A stretch of 64,000 nucleotides of DNA from Puniceicoccaceae bacterium (GTDB lineage Bacteria; Verrucomicrobiota; Verrucomicrobiia; Opitutales; Oceanipulchritudinaceae): assembly GCA_040830445.1 (NCBI GenBank), contig JBFOLZ010000051.1, positions 5,933-69,932 of the forward strand. The letters are read 5' to 3'. The translations under genes were made by a program, and so were the position numbers. How positions within the stretch are numbered: the first letter of the stretch is position 1; every line of letters begins with the position of its first letter. Positions 1 through 7,721 of this stretch are shown here, piece by piece. The notes under the pieces are model-generated. The model searched no databases, was not told the DNA's origin, and saw nothing but the letters and a program-made list of their open reading frames with translations.

Positions 1-770
1 ACTTCGACAACTGCTGTGCCGGCATTCCCACCCCGGATCCTCTCGGCCTCAATATCGGGAATGAGCTGCCGGACATTTTCCTGAGCGGCCGGGAGCACAA
101 CATTTTCAGCTTGGCCAATACCGGCCGCGGCAAACGCACCACCGGGGAAGGCATGAAGGAGGCCATTGCCAAGGGGGACTTCTCCATGAGCGAGAATGCC
201 AATTTCCTGCAACACACACTGATGAATGCGCTCGTCACGGAGAGCAATGTCCTCAAGCGCCTCCGGGGCTACCAACCCATGGCCGCCTACCCGGCCAATG
301 CGCTGGGACGCAACCTCCGTGATGTTGCGGCCCTGATCGCTTCCGGACAGGAAACCCGGGTCTATTTTGTCTCCCTGGGCGGCTTTGACACCCACGCCAA
401 CCAGCTTTTCCGGCACCGGCAACTGATGGAGCAGCTCTCCTCCGCGATGGCCGCCTTCCAGGCAGACCTTGCCGCCCACAAGCTGGATGACCAGGTCCTC
501 ACGATGACCTTCTCGGAGTTTGGCCGCCGGCCGAGCGAAAACGTCTCCGGCGGGACCGACCACGGGACAGCCGCCCCGCTCTTTGTCATGGGCAGCAAGC
601 TCAAGGGCTCCCTCTTTGGCCAGGCGCCTGACCTGCAGGTGGCAAAGAACAAGGACCTCCCCTTCTCGACCGATTTCCGCTCCGTCTACAGCACGATCAT
701 TGAGCGGTGGTTCGAGACGGACCCCACACGCGTTCTGGAGAAAAAGCACCCGCTCATCGATTTCATTTGA
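1..770 (+). CDS. DUF1501 domain protein (5'-truncated by window edge)
   Basis: Frame is open from base 3 (FDNCCAGIPTPD...). Family-typical motifs VSLGGFDTHANQ, FSEFGRR..EN.SGGTDHG and DFRSVY. Confidence 0.85.
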   Translation, partial: FDNCCAGIPTPDPLGLNIGNELPDIFLSGREHNIFSLANTGRGKRTTGEGMKEAIAKGDFSMSENANFLQHTLMNALVTESNVLKRLRGYQPMAAYPANALGRNLRDVAALIASGQETRVYFVSLGGFDTHANQLFRHRQLMEQLSSAMAAFQADLAAHKLDDQVLTMTFSEFGRRPSENVSGGTDHGTAAPLFVMGSKLKGSLFGQAPDLQVAKNKDLPFSTDFRSVYSTIIERWFETDPTRVLEKKHPLIDFI

Positions 771-881
771 TCGTGCTCAGCGTCCGGCTTTTCCCAGCTG
801 TGCATGCGGAATGAAGCGGCAGCGGCTTTGCGGATCCAGCCATGCCCAAGGGTCGGTTTTTCCTCCGGTCTTGGCAATGTC

Positions 882-2312
882 TTAGACCTTGCCCCGTCGC
901 TCCTCCAGTTCGGCCCGGATCTCCAGTGCCTTGGCCTCGGTTATCGGGTACTTGGCCAGGATCCAGATCGCCAGCGCGGACGTTATCATCGGGACAACGA
1001 TATCAAACACACGCATCATCAGGAGCGTGTTCTCCGACTGGGCCGGCAATTGTTCATCAAATCCGGTGTAATTCAAAAGAACACCCCCGAGCGAATAGGC
1101 CAGGGCTATACCTAATTTGACAACCCACCAAAAAATGGATCCAAACATGCCCTCCCGGCGATGACCCGTCTTCAGTTCATCAAGGTCGCATACGTCCGCC
1201 ACCATGGAGTTCATGAGGGTAAAAAGGCATCCCAGCCCGCAGGCGATGAGCGGCGTGGAAAGGAGGATGAGCCATGGCTGGGCCGGGCTGTAGAGGAGCC
1301 ACTTGGATGCATAGCCAAGGATCGAGAACCCAACCGCCAGGTAGAAGGTTGTCTTCTTGCCAATCCGGCTCGACAGCATCGTCACCAGCGGGATCACCAC
1401 CATGGTGGCACTGGTCATCAGGAAGCCGTTCCAGAACATCAGCCCGGCACCGGCATCCCGATCCCCCCCGTAGACGTAGAAGATCATCACATAGGAGGAA
1501 AAGGAGGAGACCATCATGAAGCCGTTGAAGACAAGGAAGGTCGCCATGCAAAGCTTCAGGAAGGGACCAAAACGGATCGTGGCCGCAAAGCCCTTCAAGA
1601 AGGACATGAAATGCTCCGACAGGCCGGACAACATCGACTGCTCGGCGTCGGCGACCGATTTCATCCGTTCACGACAAAGAAGAGCCGGAATGATCCCGGC
1701 AAAGACGGCGAACACCCCGATGAAAATAGCTAGCTTACGGGCCCCGGTTACCGAATCCGGGGCAAACGATTCCCATTCCATCAACCAGTAGAAGCCCGGG
1801 GCCAGCAGCCAAGGCACCTGGCCGAGGAAATAGGTCACCCCCATCAGCCGGGTCCGCTCATTGCTGTCCGGCGTCATTTCATAGCCGAAGGCGACCCAGG
1901 GCGTGGCAAAGACCGTGTAGGCCAGATAGAAAATGATCGACCCGATCAGGAAGTACCAGAAGTAAAATGACTCGCTGTAGCCTGCCGGCAGCTGCCAGAG
2001 GAGAGCAAACAGGATACCCGCGGTAATGGCCCCCAGGAATATGTAGGGCCGGCGACGTCCCCAGCGGCTCTGGGTGTGGTCGGAGATGTAACCCATGAGC
2101 GGGTCGGTGAAGGCATCTGTCAGGCGGGGCAAGGCCATCAGGAGCCCGACTAGGGCGGGATTCATGCCCAGTCCCAGGTTGAGGACAATCGCCATCATCG
2201 GGATGGCCGCCCCTAGAAGATTGTTTACCAGTGCACCGACACCGTAGGCGATGCGCTGGGGTATCGGGATGCGGTCCTCGGGAGCCGTCCGGTGGTGCGG
2301 GGAATCACTCAT
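882..2312 (-). CDS. MFS sugar:cation symporter (GPH/MelB-like, MFS_2)
   Basis: 476 aa with ~12 hydrophobic segments and motifs DAFTDPLMGYISD.T.SRWGRRRPY and ERTRL. Confidence 0.9.
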   Translation of the reverse strand: MSDSPHHRTAPEDRIPIPQRIAYGVGALVNNLLGAAIPMMAIVLNLGLGMNPALVGLLMALPRLTDAFTDPLMGYISDHTQSRWGRRRPYIFLGAITAGILFALLWQLPAGYSESFYFWYFLIGSIIFYLAYTVFATPWVAFGYEMTPDSNERTRLMGVTYFLGQVPWLLAPGFYWLMEWESFAPDSVTGARKLAIFIGVFAVFAGIIPALLCRERMKSVADAEQSMLSGLSEHFMSFLKGFAATIRFGPFLKLCMATFLVFNGFMMVSSFSSYVMIFYVYGGDRDAGAGLMFWNGFLMTSATMVVIPLVTMLSSRIGKKTTFYLAVGFSILGYASKWLLYSPAQPWLILLSTPLIACGLGCLFTLMNSMVADVCDLDELKTGHRREGMFGSIFWWVVKLGIALAYSLGGVLLNYTGFDEQLPAQSENTLLMMRVFDIVVPMITSALAIWILAKYPITEAKALEIRAELEERRGKV

Positions 2313-2322
2313 TCAATTGTCC

Positions 2323-4062
2323 TCAGGAATCGCCGGGAATGTAGACCCATCCACCGCCTGCATCAACATATTCCTGGGGAAGGAAAATCCACTTGTTGAG
2401 ACTGTAGCTCCAGACCCAGGGATCATTGGAGACGAAAAGCCAGCCCATCCAGCCCCCCGTATCGACATTGCCGTCAGTATTGGGCCAACCGGCCCAACTC
2501 ATTTCCTCGTTCAAGGTTGTTTCCAAGCCGGTAAACGTGATTGTCGCAGTCTCGGTTTGCGGTCCCTTGATAAGCAAACCCGATTGCAAGACATTAAAGG
2601 TAGCCTCCCCGAGGGTTGTCTCCAATTCAAAAGCGTTCACTTCGGAACCAATCGGGATTGAGACCGTTCCCTCCATTGGTTGGAAGGCATTGTCGAGGAC
2701 ACGGATGAAGGCTTCAATGACAAATCCTGCACTACTCGCCAGAGCCCCTGCCTGACCCCGGAACCGGATGACGTCCCCGGGCAATAGCTCAATGACCTTC
2801 GGGCTCCATTCCTGGTAGAGAAGATGCTCCGCTTTTGCGGCGTCACCATCTGTATAATTGTCAAAGGTCAGAATTCCGTCATCCAAAAGGGTGACATAGT
2901 CGAAAATCCCGTAGCTGCCACCCCATGAACCCTTGGCTGCCCCGCCCCATCCACCAGAGCTGTTGAGCCGGTTGGTATGGATAATCCAGGGTTCGTCCCC
3001 GAATGTAAAGTCGTTGTTGATCATCAGGATACTGGCATTGGAGCCCGGATAGGAGCCACTCAGGAGTGGATAGGTACCCGCCTCGATTTCATCAAAGTCG
3101 CTGTATCCATCCCCGTCGGTATCGACTTTGAGGATGTTTGTCCCGATGACGTGCTCCTCCAAGTCGGTCAGCCCGTCGCCGTCGTCATCCGGATCCGTTT
3201 CGTTCGGGTCCATGTCGTTATCTGTATCCAACGGAACTGTGTCCCCCAGGTTGTAGACGCGGACGTAATCAACCTCCATCCGGACCGGCCAGATGTCCGG
3301 ATCGATCCCCTTCTGGCCACCCCAGAATCCCCCAACCGCAATATTCAGGATGAGGTGGAAGGGCTCATCAAAGGGCCAAGCCTCCCAGCCGGTTCCCGGG
3401 TTCGGGGCAGAGAAATATTCACTGTCATCTATCAGGAAGCGGATTTGCTCAGGTGACCATTCAATCGCGTATACATGAAAGGCCGTGTCTACATCAGCAA
3501 TGGTGGTCGTTCCCGTAACCTGGGTGCCCGAGATCCAGTTATTGGCCAGGGAATGCAGGCTTCCGTGGATCCTGCCCATGTCATAACCCACATGTTCCAT
3601 GATATCGATCTCCCCGCTCCTCGGCCAGATACCGTACGCATTGCCCGTCGGCAGCATCCAGATCGCCGGCCATGTTCCCCGCCCTGCCGGCAGCTTTGCC
3701 TTTACTTCTATCCGCCCGTAAAGCCAGTCACCCTGCCCCTTCGATAATAGCCGGGCCGATGTGTAGTCCGCTTCCGGGCTTCGCGTCGGCCAAGGCTCCT
3801 TGTGCGCCTCGATGATCAGCAAGCCGCCTTCCACCCGCGCGTTTTCCAATCGCCCGTCCGTGTAGTATTGCTCCTCGTTGTTGCCCCAGCCGCCGCCGCC
3901 CGTGTCATAAATCCACTTGCTCGCATCCGGCAGCCCATCCGGAGTCGGATCAAATTCATCCGACCAGATCAGCTCAGCCTGCCCCAGCAGGCCCGCAATA
4001 CTCATTCCATAAGCCAGACAGGCGGCAGCCCATGCTCGCTTCTTCGCTGTTTTTCCATTCAT
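2323..4062 (-). CDS. Secreted GH16 beta-1,3-glucanase (laminarinase-like) with Ca-binding DxDxDG repeats and a Trp-rich C-terminal domain
   Basis: Signal peptide, LIWSDEF, WPAIWML and catalytic EIDIMEH. TSP3-like repeats DTDNDMDPNETDPDDDGDG and DTDGDGYSD. Confidence 0.92.
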   Translation of the reverse strand: MNGKTAKKRAWAAACLAYGMSIAGLLGQAELIWSDEFDPTPDGLPDASKWIYDTGGGGWGNNEEQYYTDGRLENARVEGGLLIIEAHKEPWPTRSPEADYTSARLLSKGQGDWLYGRIEVKAKLPAGRGTWPAIWMLPTGNAYGIWPRSGEIDIMEHVGYDMGRIHGSLHSLANNWISGTQVTGTTTIADVDTAFHVYAIEWSPEQIRFLIDDSEYFSAPNPGTGWEAWPFDEPFHLILNIAVGGFWGGQKGIDPDIWPVRMEVDYVRVYNLGDTVPLDTDNDMDPNETDPDDDGDGLTDLEEHVIGTNILKVDTDGDGYSDFDEIEAGTYPLLSGSYPGSNASILMINNDFTFGDEPWIIHTNRLNSSGGWGGAAKGSWGGSYGIFDYVTLLDDGILTFDNYTDGDAAKAEHLLYQEWSPKVIELLPGDVIRFRGQAGALASSAGFVIEAFIRVLDNAFQPMEGTVSIPIGSEVNAFELETTLGEATFNVLQSGLLIKGPQTETATITFTGLETTLNEEMSWAGWPNTDGNVDTGGWMGWLFVSNDPWVWSYSLNKWIFLPQEYVDAGGGWVYIPGDS

Positions 4063-4211
4063 CTCGGGAGTTATCAGGGTTTCTCTTGAAGGGTAATTTC
4101 AATTTGCAGCATATCCTGCATATTAATGCATTATTTTTTGCTTCCCCTGACCAGCTTGTCAAGCCATAGTGCATCGAATACACCCTTATTAATCAATTAT
4201 CATCCCACACC

Positions 4212-5762
4212 ATGATGCGCCTACCTCTGCAAAAAGTCCTATTCCTGATGCTTCCCCTCAGCCTTCCCATCTCCATCCCCACGACCTCCGCCCATCCGGA
4301 AACGGATACTCTCCGGATATACCAGACCAGCCGCGAGGGCGACCGGCTGAAGGAGATTGAACCCGCCCCGGCGAGCGGCGAAGTTACCCGCCAGCTGGTA
4401 TTGGACCCATCGAAACGATTCCAGACGTTGATTGGGATCGGTGGCTCCTTTACCGAGTCGAGCGCACATGTGCTTTCGGAATTGTCCCCGGATGCCCGCA
4501 CGAAGGTGATGGAGGCGTATTTTTCACCAACCGGGGCCCATATTTCCCTGACCCGGACCCATATCGCCAGCTGCGACTTTTCGGTGCGCAACTACACCTT
4601 TGCCCCCGTTCCGGGTGATACGGAGCTGGAGCACTTCAGCATTGAGCCCGACCGGACCTACCTCCTGCCGATGATCCAGCAGGCCCGGGATGTCGAGGGG
4701 TCGGACTTCAAGATCCTGGCCTCCCCGTGGACCGCACCCCCATGGATGAAGACCAATGGAACATGGAATGGCGGGGAGGTGAAGCCGGAGTTCTACGGGG
4801 CTTTCGCCCGGTACATCGTCAAGTACATCGAAGCCTACGCGGAGGAGGGGATTCCCATCTGGGCCTTGACGCCGATCAACGAGCCACTAGGCAACGATTC
4901 CAACTGGGAAAGCACCCACTTCAGCCCGGAACAGATGCGCGACTTCATTGCCGGGCACCTTGGTCCCGCCTTGCGTGACGCCGGTCTGGAGGTTCCCCTG
5001 TGGATATATGACCAGAACCGCGAGGACATCATGCTCGATTGGGCCGATGCCATTCTCGGTGATGAGGAAGCCGCCGCCTTTGTTGAAGGCCTGGCGGTCC
5101 ACTGGTACCAGAGCACGGTTGACGTCGGGGGTGAGATGCTCGATGCCGTTTCGGCTAAATATCCAGATGCCCGCATCCTCCATTCCGAAGGCTGTATCGA
5201 CTCCATCGGGAACGACGAGCCCATTGGCGCCTGGCTTGAAGACGATTGGTACTGGCGTCCGGAGGCAACGGACTGGGGCATGTTCTGGGCCAAGGAGGAA
5301 AACAAGCACCATCACCCACCCTACCGCGCCTTTTACCGCTACACTCGCGACCTCATCGGCGGACTCAACCATAACCTCGTTGGCTGGATTGACTGGAACA
5401 TGGTCCTCAATACCCGAGGCGGACCCAATCATGCCAACAACTTCTGCCTCGCACCCGTACTGGTCGATTCCGGCAAGGACCACGCCTATTTCACTCCCCT
5501 CTTCTACTCCATTGCCCACTTCAGCAAGTTCATCCGCCCCGAAGCCGTTCGTATCGGCCTCTCCGGCCATGACGATACCTTCATGGCCACCGCCTTTTGC
5601 AACCCGGATGGAACCATTGCCATCGCCGTCTTTAACCTTGGCGAAGAGGACCTTTCCTACACCCTAACCACACCCGGCAAGACGTACTCCCTCGGCATTC
5701 CCGGTCAGGCCCTCCAGACTCTCGTGCTGCAAAATGTCGCCCCTGCGGGGCTCGGGGATTGA
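4212..5762 (+). CDS. GH30 glycoside hydrolase (glucosylceramidase-like, probable beta-1,6-glucosidase/glucanase)
   Basis: Signal peptide, GIGGSFTES, RTHIASCDFS, ASPWTAPPWMKTN, acid/base NEP, nucleophile region HSEGC and WIDWNMVL...GGPNH. Confidence 0.92.
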   Translation: MMRLPLQKVLFLMLPLSLPISIPTTSAHPETDTLRIYQTSREGDRLKEIEPAPASGEVTRQLVLDPSKRFQTLIGIGGSFTESSAHVLSELSPDARTKVMEAYFSPTGAHISLTRTHIASCDFSVRNYTFAPVPGDTELEHFSIEPDRTYLLPMIQQARDVEGSDFKILASPWTAPPWMKTNGTWNGGEVKPEFYGAFARYIVKYIEAYAEEGIPIWALTPINEPLGNDSNWESTHFSPEQMRDFIAGHLGPALRDAGLEVPLWIYDQNREDIMLDWADAILGDEEAAAFVEGLAVHWYQSTVDVGGEMLDAVSAKYPDARILHSEGCIDSIGNDEPIGAWLEDDWYWRPEATDWGMFWAKEENKHHHPPYRAFYRYTRDLIGGLNHNLVGWIDWNMVLNTRGGPNHANNFCLAPVLVDSGKDHAYFTPLFYSIAHFSKFIRPEAVRIGLSGHDDTFMATAFCNPDGTIAIAVFNLGEEDLSYTLTTPGKTYSLGIPGQALQTLVLQNVAPAGLGD

Positions 5763-5850
5763 GTGGACCCGATTCCCCGGGGCTGCGTCCACGTGCCCGC
5801 TCCGCGGGCCCGTGTCCTTACCCCGGGCTTTGCGATTCGGCCTCTTCGAG
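5735..5850 (-). repeat. Composite REP-like element, family A, copy 1 (reverse orientation)
   Basis: Reverse complement reads hairpin GCCTCGAAGAGGC - AAAGCCCGGGG - inner hairpin - CCCCGGGG - hairpin AGCCCCGCAGGGGCGACA. Overlaps the GH30 3' end. Confidence 0.75.
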
Positions 5851-5990
5851 GCTCGTCGCGATGTATTCGTTCCCGCCATCCGGGCTTTGCGATTCGGCCT
5901 CTTCGAGGCTCGTCGCGATGTATTCGTTCCCGCAATCCGGGTTTTGCGATTCGACCTCTTCGAGGCCTGTTGCGATGTATTCGTTCCCGC
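5823..5990. repeat. 57-bp tandem repeat x3 (amplified end of a family A element)
   Basis: Units start at 5823, 5880 and 5937: CCGGGCTTTGCGATTCGGCCTCTTCGAGGCTCGTCGCGATGTATTCGTTCCCGCCAT. The third copy is diverged and there are no unique spacers. Confidence 0.93.
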
Positions 5991-6004
5991 CGAGAGCACC
6001 AGAT

Positions 6005-6140
6005 GCCCCGGAGGGGCGATATCTCAAAGCCCAGGGTAAGCTATCCGAAGTCCCGCGAAACGAAGTGAAGCGGGACGGAGGATGGCGCAACCCTGGGATC
6101 ACCCGGCCACCCCATCAATCCAAGCCCCGCAGGGGCGACA
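6005..6140 (+). repeat. Composite REP-like element, family A, copy 2
   Basis: GCCCCGGAGGGGC - AGCCCAGGG (6028) - inner hairpin - AACCCTGGG (6089) - AGCCCCGCAGGGGCGACA. 6123-6140 is a perfect 18-bp inverted repeat of 5735-5752. Confidence 0.8.
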
Positions 6141-6259
6141 CCCCCTTACTCCCAGACGTATCGCACATCGGTCAACACTCCGGCCCAGCTTGAAACCATA
6201 CTTTTATTCCCGGTTTGAATTTTGAGCCTTCGGCCTGCGCGTGCCGAGCCAGCGAATCC

Positions 6260-6667
6260 TCACCGACTCTCCAGAAAGGCCTTCATCGCCTCCAGGCTCT
6301 CCGCACTGAGGTGGTGCTCCATCCCCTCCGCATCAGCCTCCGCCTGCCCGGACGAGACTCCTAGAGACAATAGGAAGCGCACCACCAGCTCGTGCCGCTC
6401 CGCCGAGGTCTCCGCCATTGCCTTCCCGGTGTCCGTCAGCTCGTATCCCCCCGTTTCCGTCCGCGCCACCAGGCCACGCTCCTCAATCCGTTTCAAGGCC
6501 CGGATGACCGAGACGTGCGAGACCCCGAAAACACCCTGCAAGTCCGTCACCCGCGCCTGGCCCCGCTCCTCCAGCAGCGCTCCAATCGCTTCCACGTAGT
6601 CCTCCGCCAGCTCGTCCGAGTGCTGCTTCCGCACCCGGTTGTGCCGCGCCGCCGCTTTCGTGCTCAC
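6260..6667 (-). CDS. mntR: Manganese-binding transcriptional regulator MntR (DtxR family)
   Basis: Closely follows the enterobacterial MntR pattern: R..H..EL.EDYVE.I, GVSHVSV, RHELV.RFL..LGVS...A..DAEGMEHH.S. The GTG start at 6667 has a GAGGA RBS; the ORF track starts at 6718. Confidence 0.88.
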   Translation of the reverse strand: MSTKAAARHNRVRKQHSDELAEDYVEAIGALLEERGQARVTDLQGVFGVSHVSVIRALKRIEERGLVARTETGGYELTDTGKAMAETSAERHELVVRFLLSLGVSSGQAEADAEGMEHHLSAESLEAMKAFLESR

Positions 6668-6748
6668 CGTCCGTCCTCGCATCCCTTCCCAAGAAATCTT
6701 TCTCTTTCTATTTGACAAGGTTCCATTCTCCGCAAAATTATCCGCTCA

Positions 6749-6766
6749 ATGTAGCCTGGGCTACAT
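6749..6766. promoter_or_regulatory. Candidate DtxR/MntR-family operator
   Basis: Perfect inverted repeat ATGTAGCC-TG-GGCTACAT between the divergent mntR and DtxR-feoA genes. TTGACA lies at 6712-6717. Confidence 0.6.
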
Positions 6767-6779
6767 CAGACTGGGAGGA

Positions 6780-7721
6780 ATGATGCTGACAAGAAAAAAA
6801 GGGAGTGGAGAGGACGGAATCCGGACATTGGCGGAGGACATCCTGAAGGCGGTAGCGCACCGGAATTGGCTGGAAGAGTCGTGGACGGTTGAGGAGCTGC
6901 AACCTCGATGGAGCGGCCAATCGATGAAGCTGGGGCTGGCACTGGAGCTATTGGAGCGGGTTGGCCAGGTGGAGCGGACTGCGGGCAAATGGCGCTTGAG
7001 CGAGGCGGGCCGGGAGCGGGCGGTGGAATTGTTGCGGGCGCATCGCCTGATGGAGACGTATCTTGCCCGGAAGGAGGGATTGCCGACGGACGCCCTGCAT
7101 GCGGAAGCGGACAAGGCTGAGCACTTCCTCAGTTCAGAGGGGATCAACCAATTGGCTGATTCCCTGAACCGGCCGCGCTTTGATCCGCACGGGGACCCGA
7201 TTCCCGAGCGAGAGCATGATCTGCACGAGGAGCTACACCAGCCGCTGGTGACGGTTCCGGAAGGGAGTTGTGTCCGCATCGCCCACATTGAGGACGAACC
7301 GGAGGAGGATTTTGAGCAGCTGACGGCGATGGGACTAGCGCTTGAGTTGCCGATCAAGGTCCTGCAAAAGGGCACTGGAGGCATGCAAATCGAGCTGGCC
7401 GGGGAAACCCTTGAACTTTCATCCAACCTGGCCTCGCATGTGGAGATCGTTCCCATGGCCGAGGACGAGACCTATCCTGATAACCTGCAACGGTTGGCCA
7501 GCCTGAAGCCGGGAGAACAGGGGACCGTGGCCTTCATTTCCCCAGCCTGCATGGGACCGGAGCGCCACCGCCTGCTTGATTTCGGCCTAGTTCCCGGGAG
7601 CGAGGTCAGCTGCGAGTTCAGCAGTCCCTTTGGCAGCCCGATCGCCTACAGTTTACGGGGTAGCACCATCGGGCTGCGTCGACAGCAGGCAAGGAACATT
7701 TTCATCCGGAGGGAAGCATGA
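6780..7721 (+). CDS. DtxR-family metal-binding protein fused to two FeoA (SH3-like) domains
   Basis: HRLMETYL...HAEADKAEH..S and P.FDPHGDPIP. FeoA-like repeats LVTVPEG..VRIAHI...LTAMGL and LASLKPGEQG.V...RLLDFGLVPG...SPFGSPIAY.LRG.TIGLR. Confidence 0.85.
   Translation: MMLTRKKGSGEDGIRTLAEDILKAVAHRNWLEESWTVEELQPRWSGQSMKLGLALELLERVGQVERTAGKWRLSEAGRERAVELLRAHRLMETYLARKEGLPTDALHAEADKAEHFLSSEGINQLADSLNRPRFDPHGDPIPEREHDLHEELHQPLVTVPEGSCVRIAHIEDEPEEDFEQLTAMGLALELPIKVLQKGTGGMQIELAGETLELSSNLASHVEIVPMAEDETYPDNLQRLASLKPGEQGTVAFISPACMGPERHRLLDFGLVPGSEVSCEFSSPFGSPIAYSLRGSTIGLRRQQARNIFIRREA

Noticed and set aside
4105-4130. Overlapping TGCA-based palindromes in the GH16/GH30 divergent promoter as an operator
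   Set aside because: The 5-bp arms in an AT-rich stretch are within chance expectation and no regulator gene is linked.
5823-5990. 57-bp repeats as a CRISPR array
   Set aside because: The units are contiguous with no unique spacers, are too long for CRISPR repeats, and no cas genes are present.
5664-6193. Several ORFs with 19-aa repeats (e.g. 5664-5999, 5759-6193)
   Set aside because: They are translations of the 57-bp REP-derived tandem repeat in different frames, with no protein-like features.
6668-6780. yybP-ykoY (Mn) riboswitch upstream of the Feo operon
   Set aside because: The intergenic region is too short and shows no such structure; a protein-operator palindrome explains it better.
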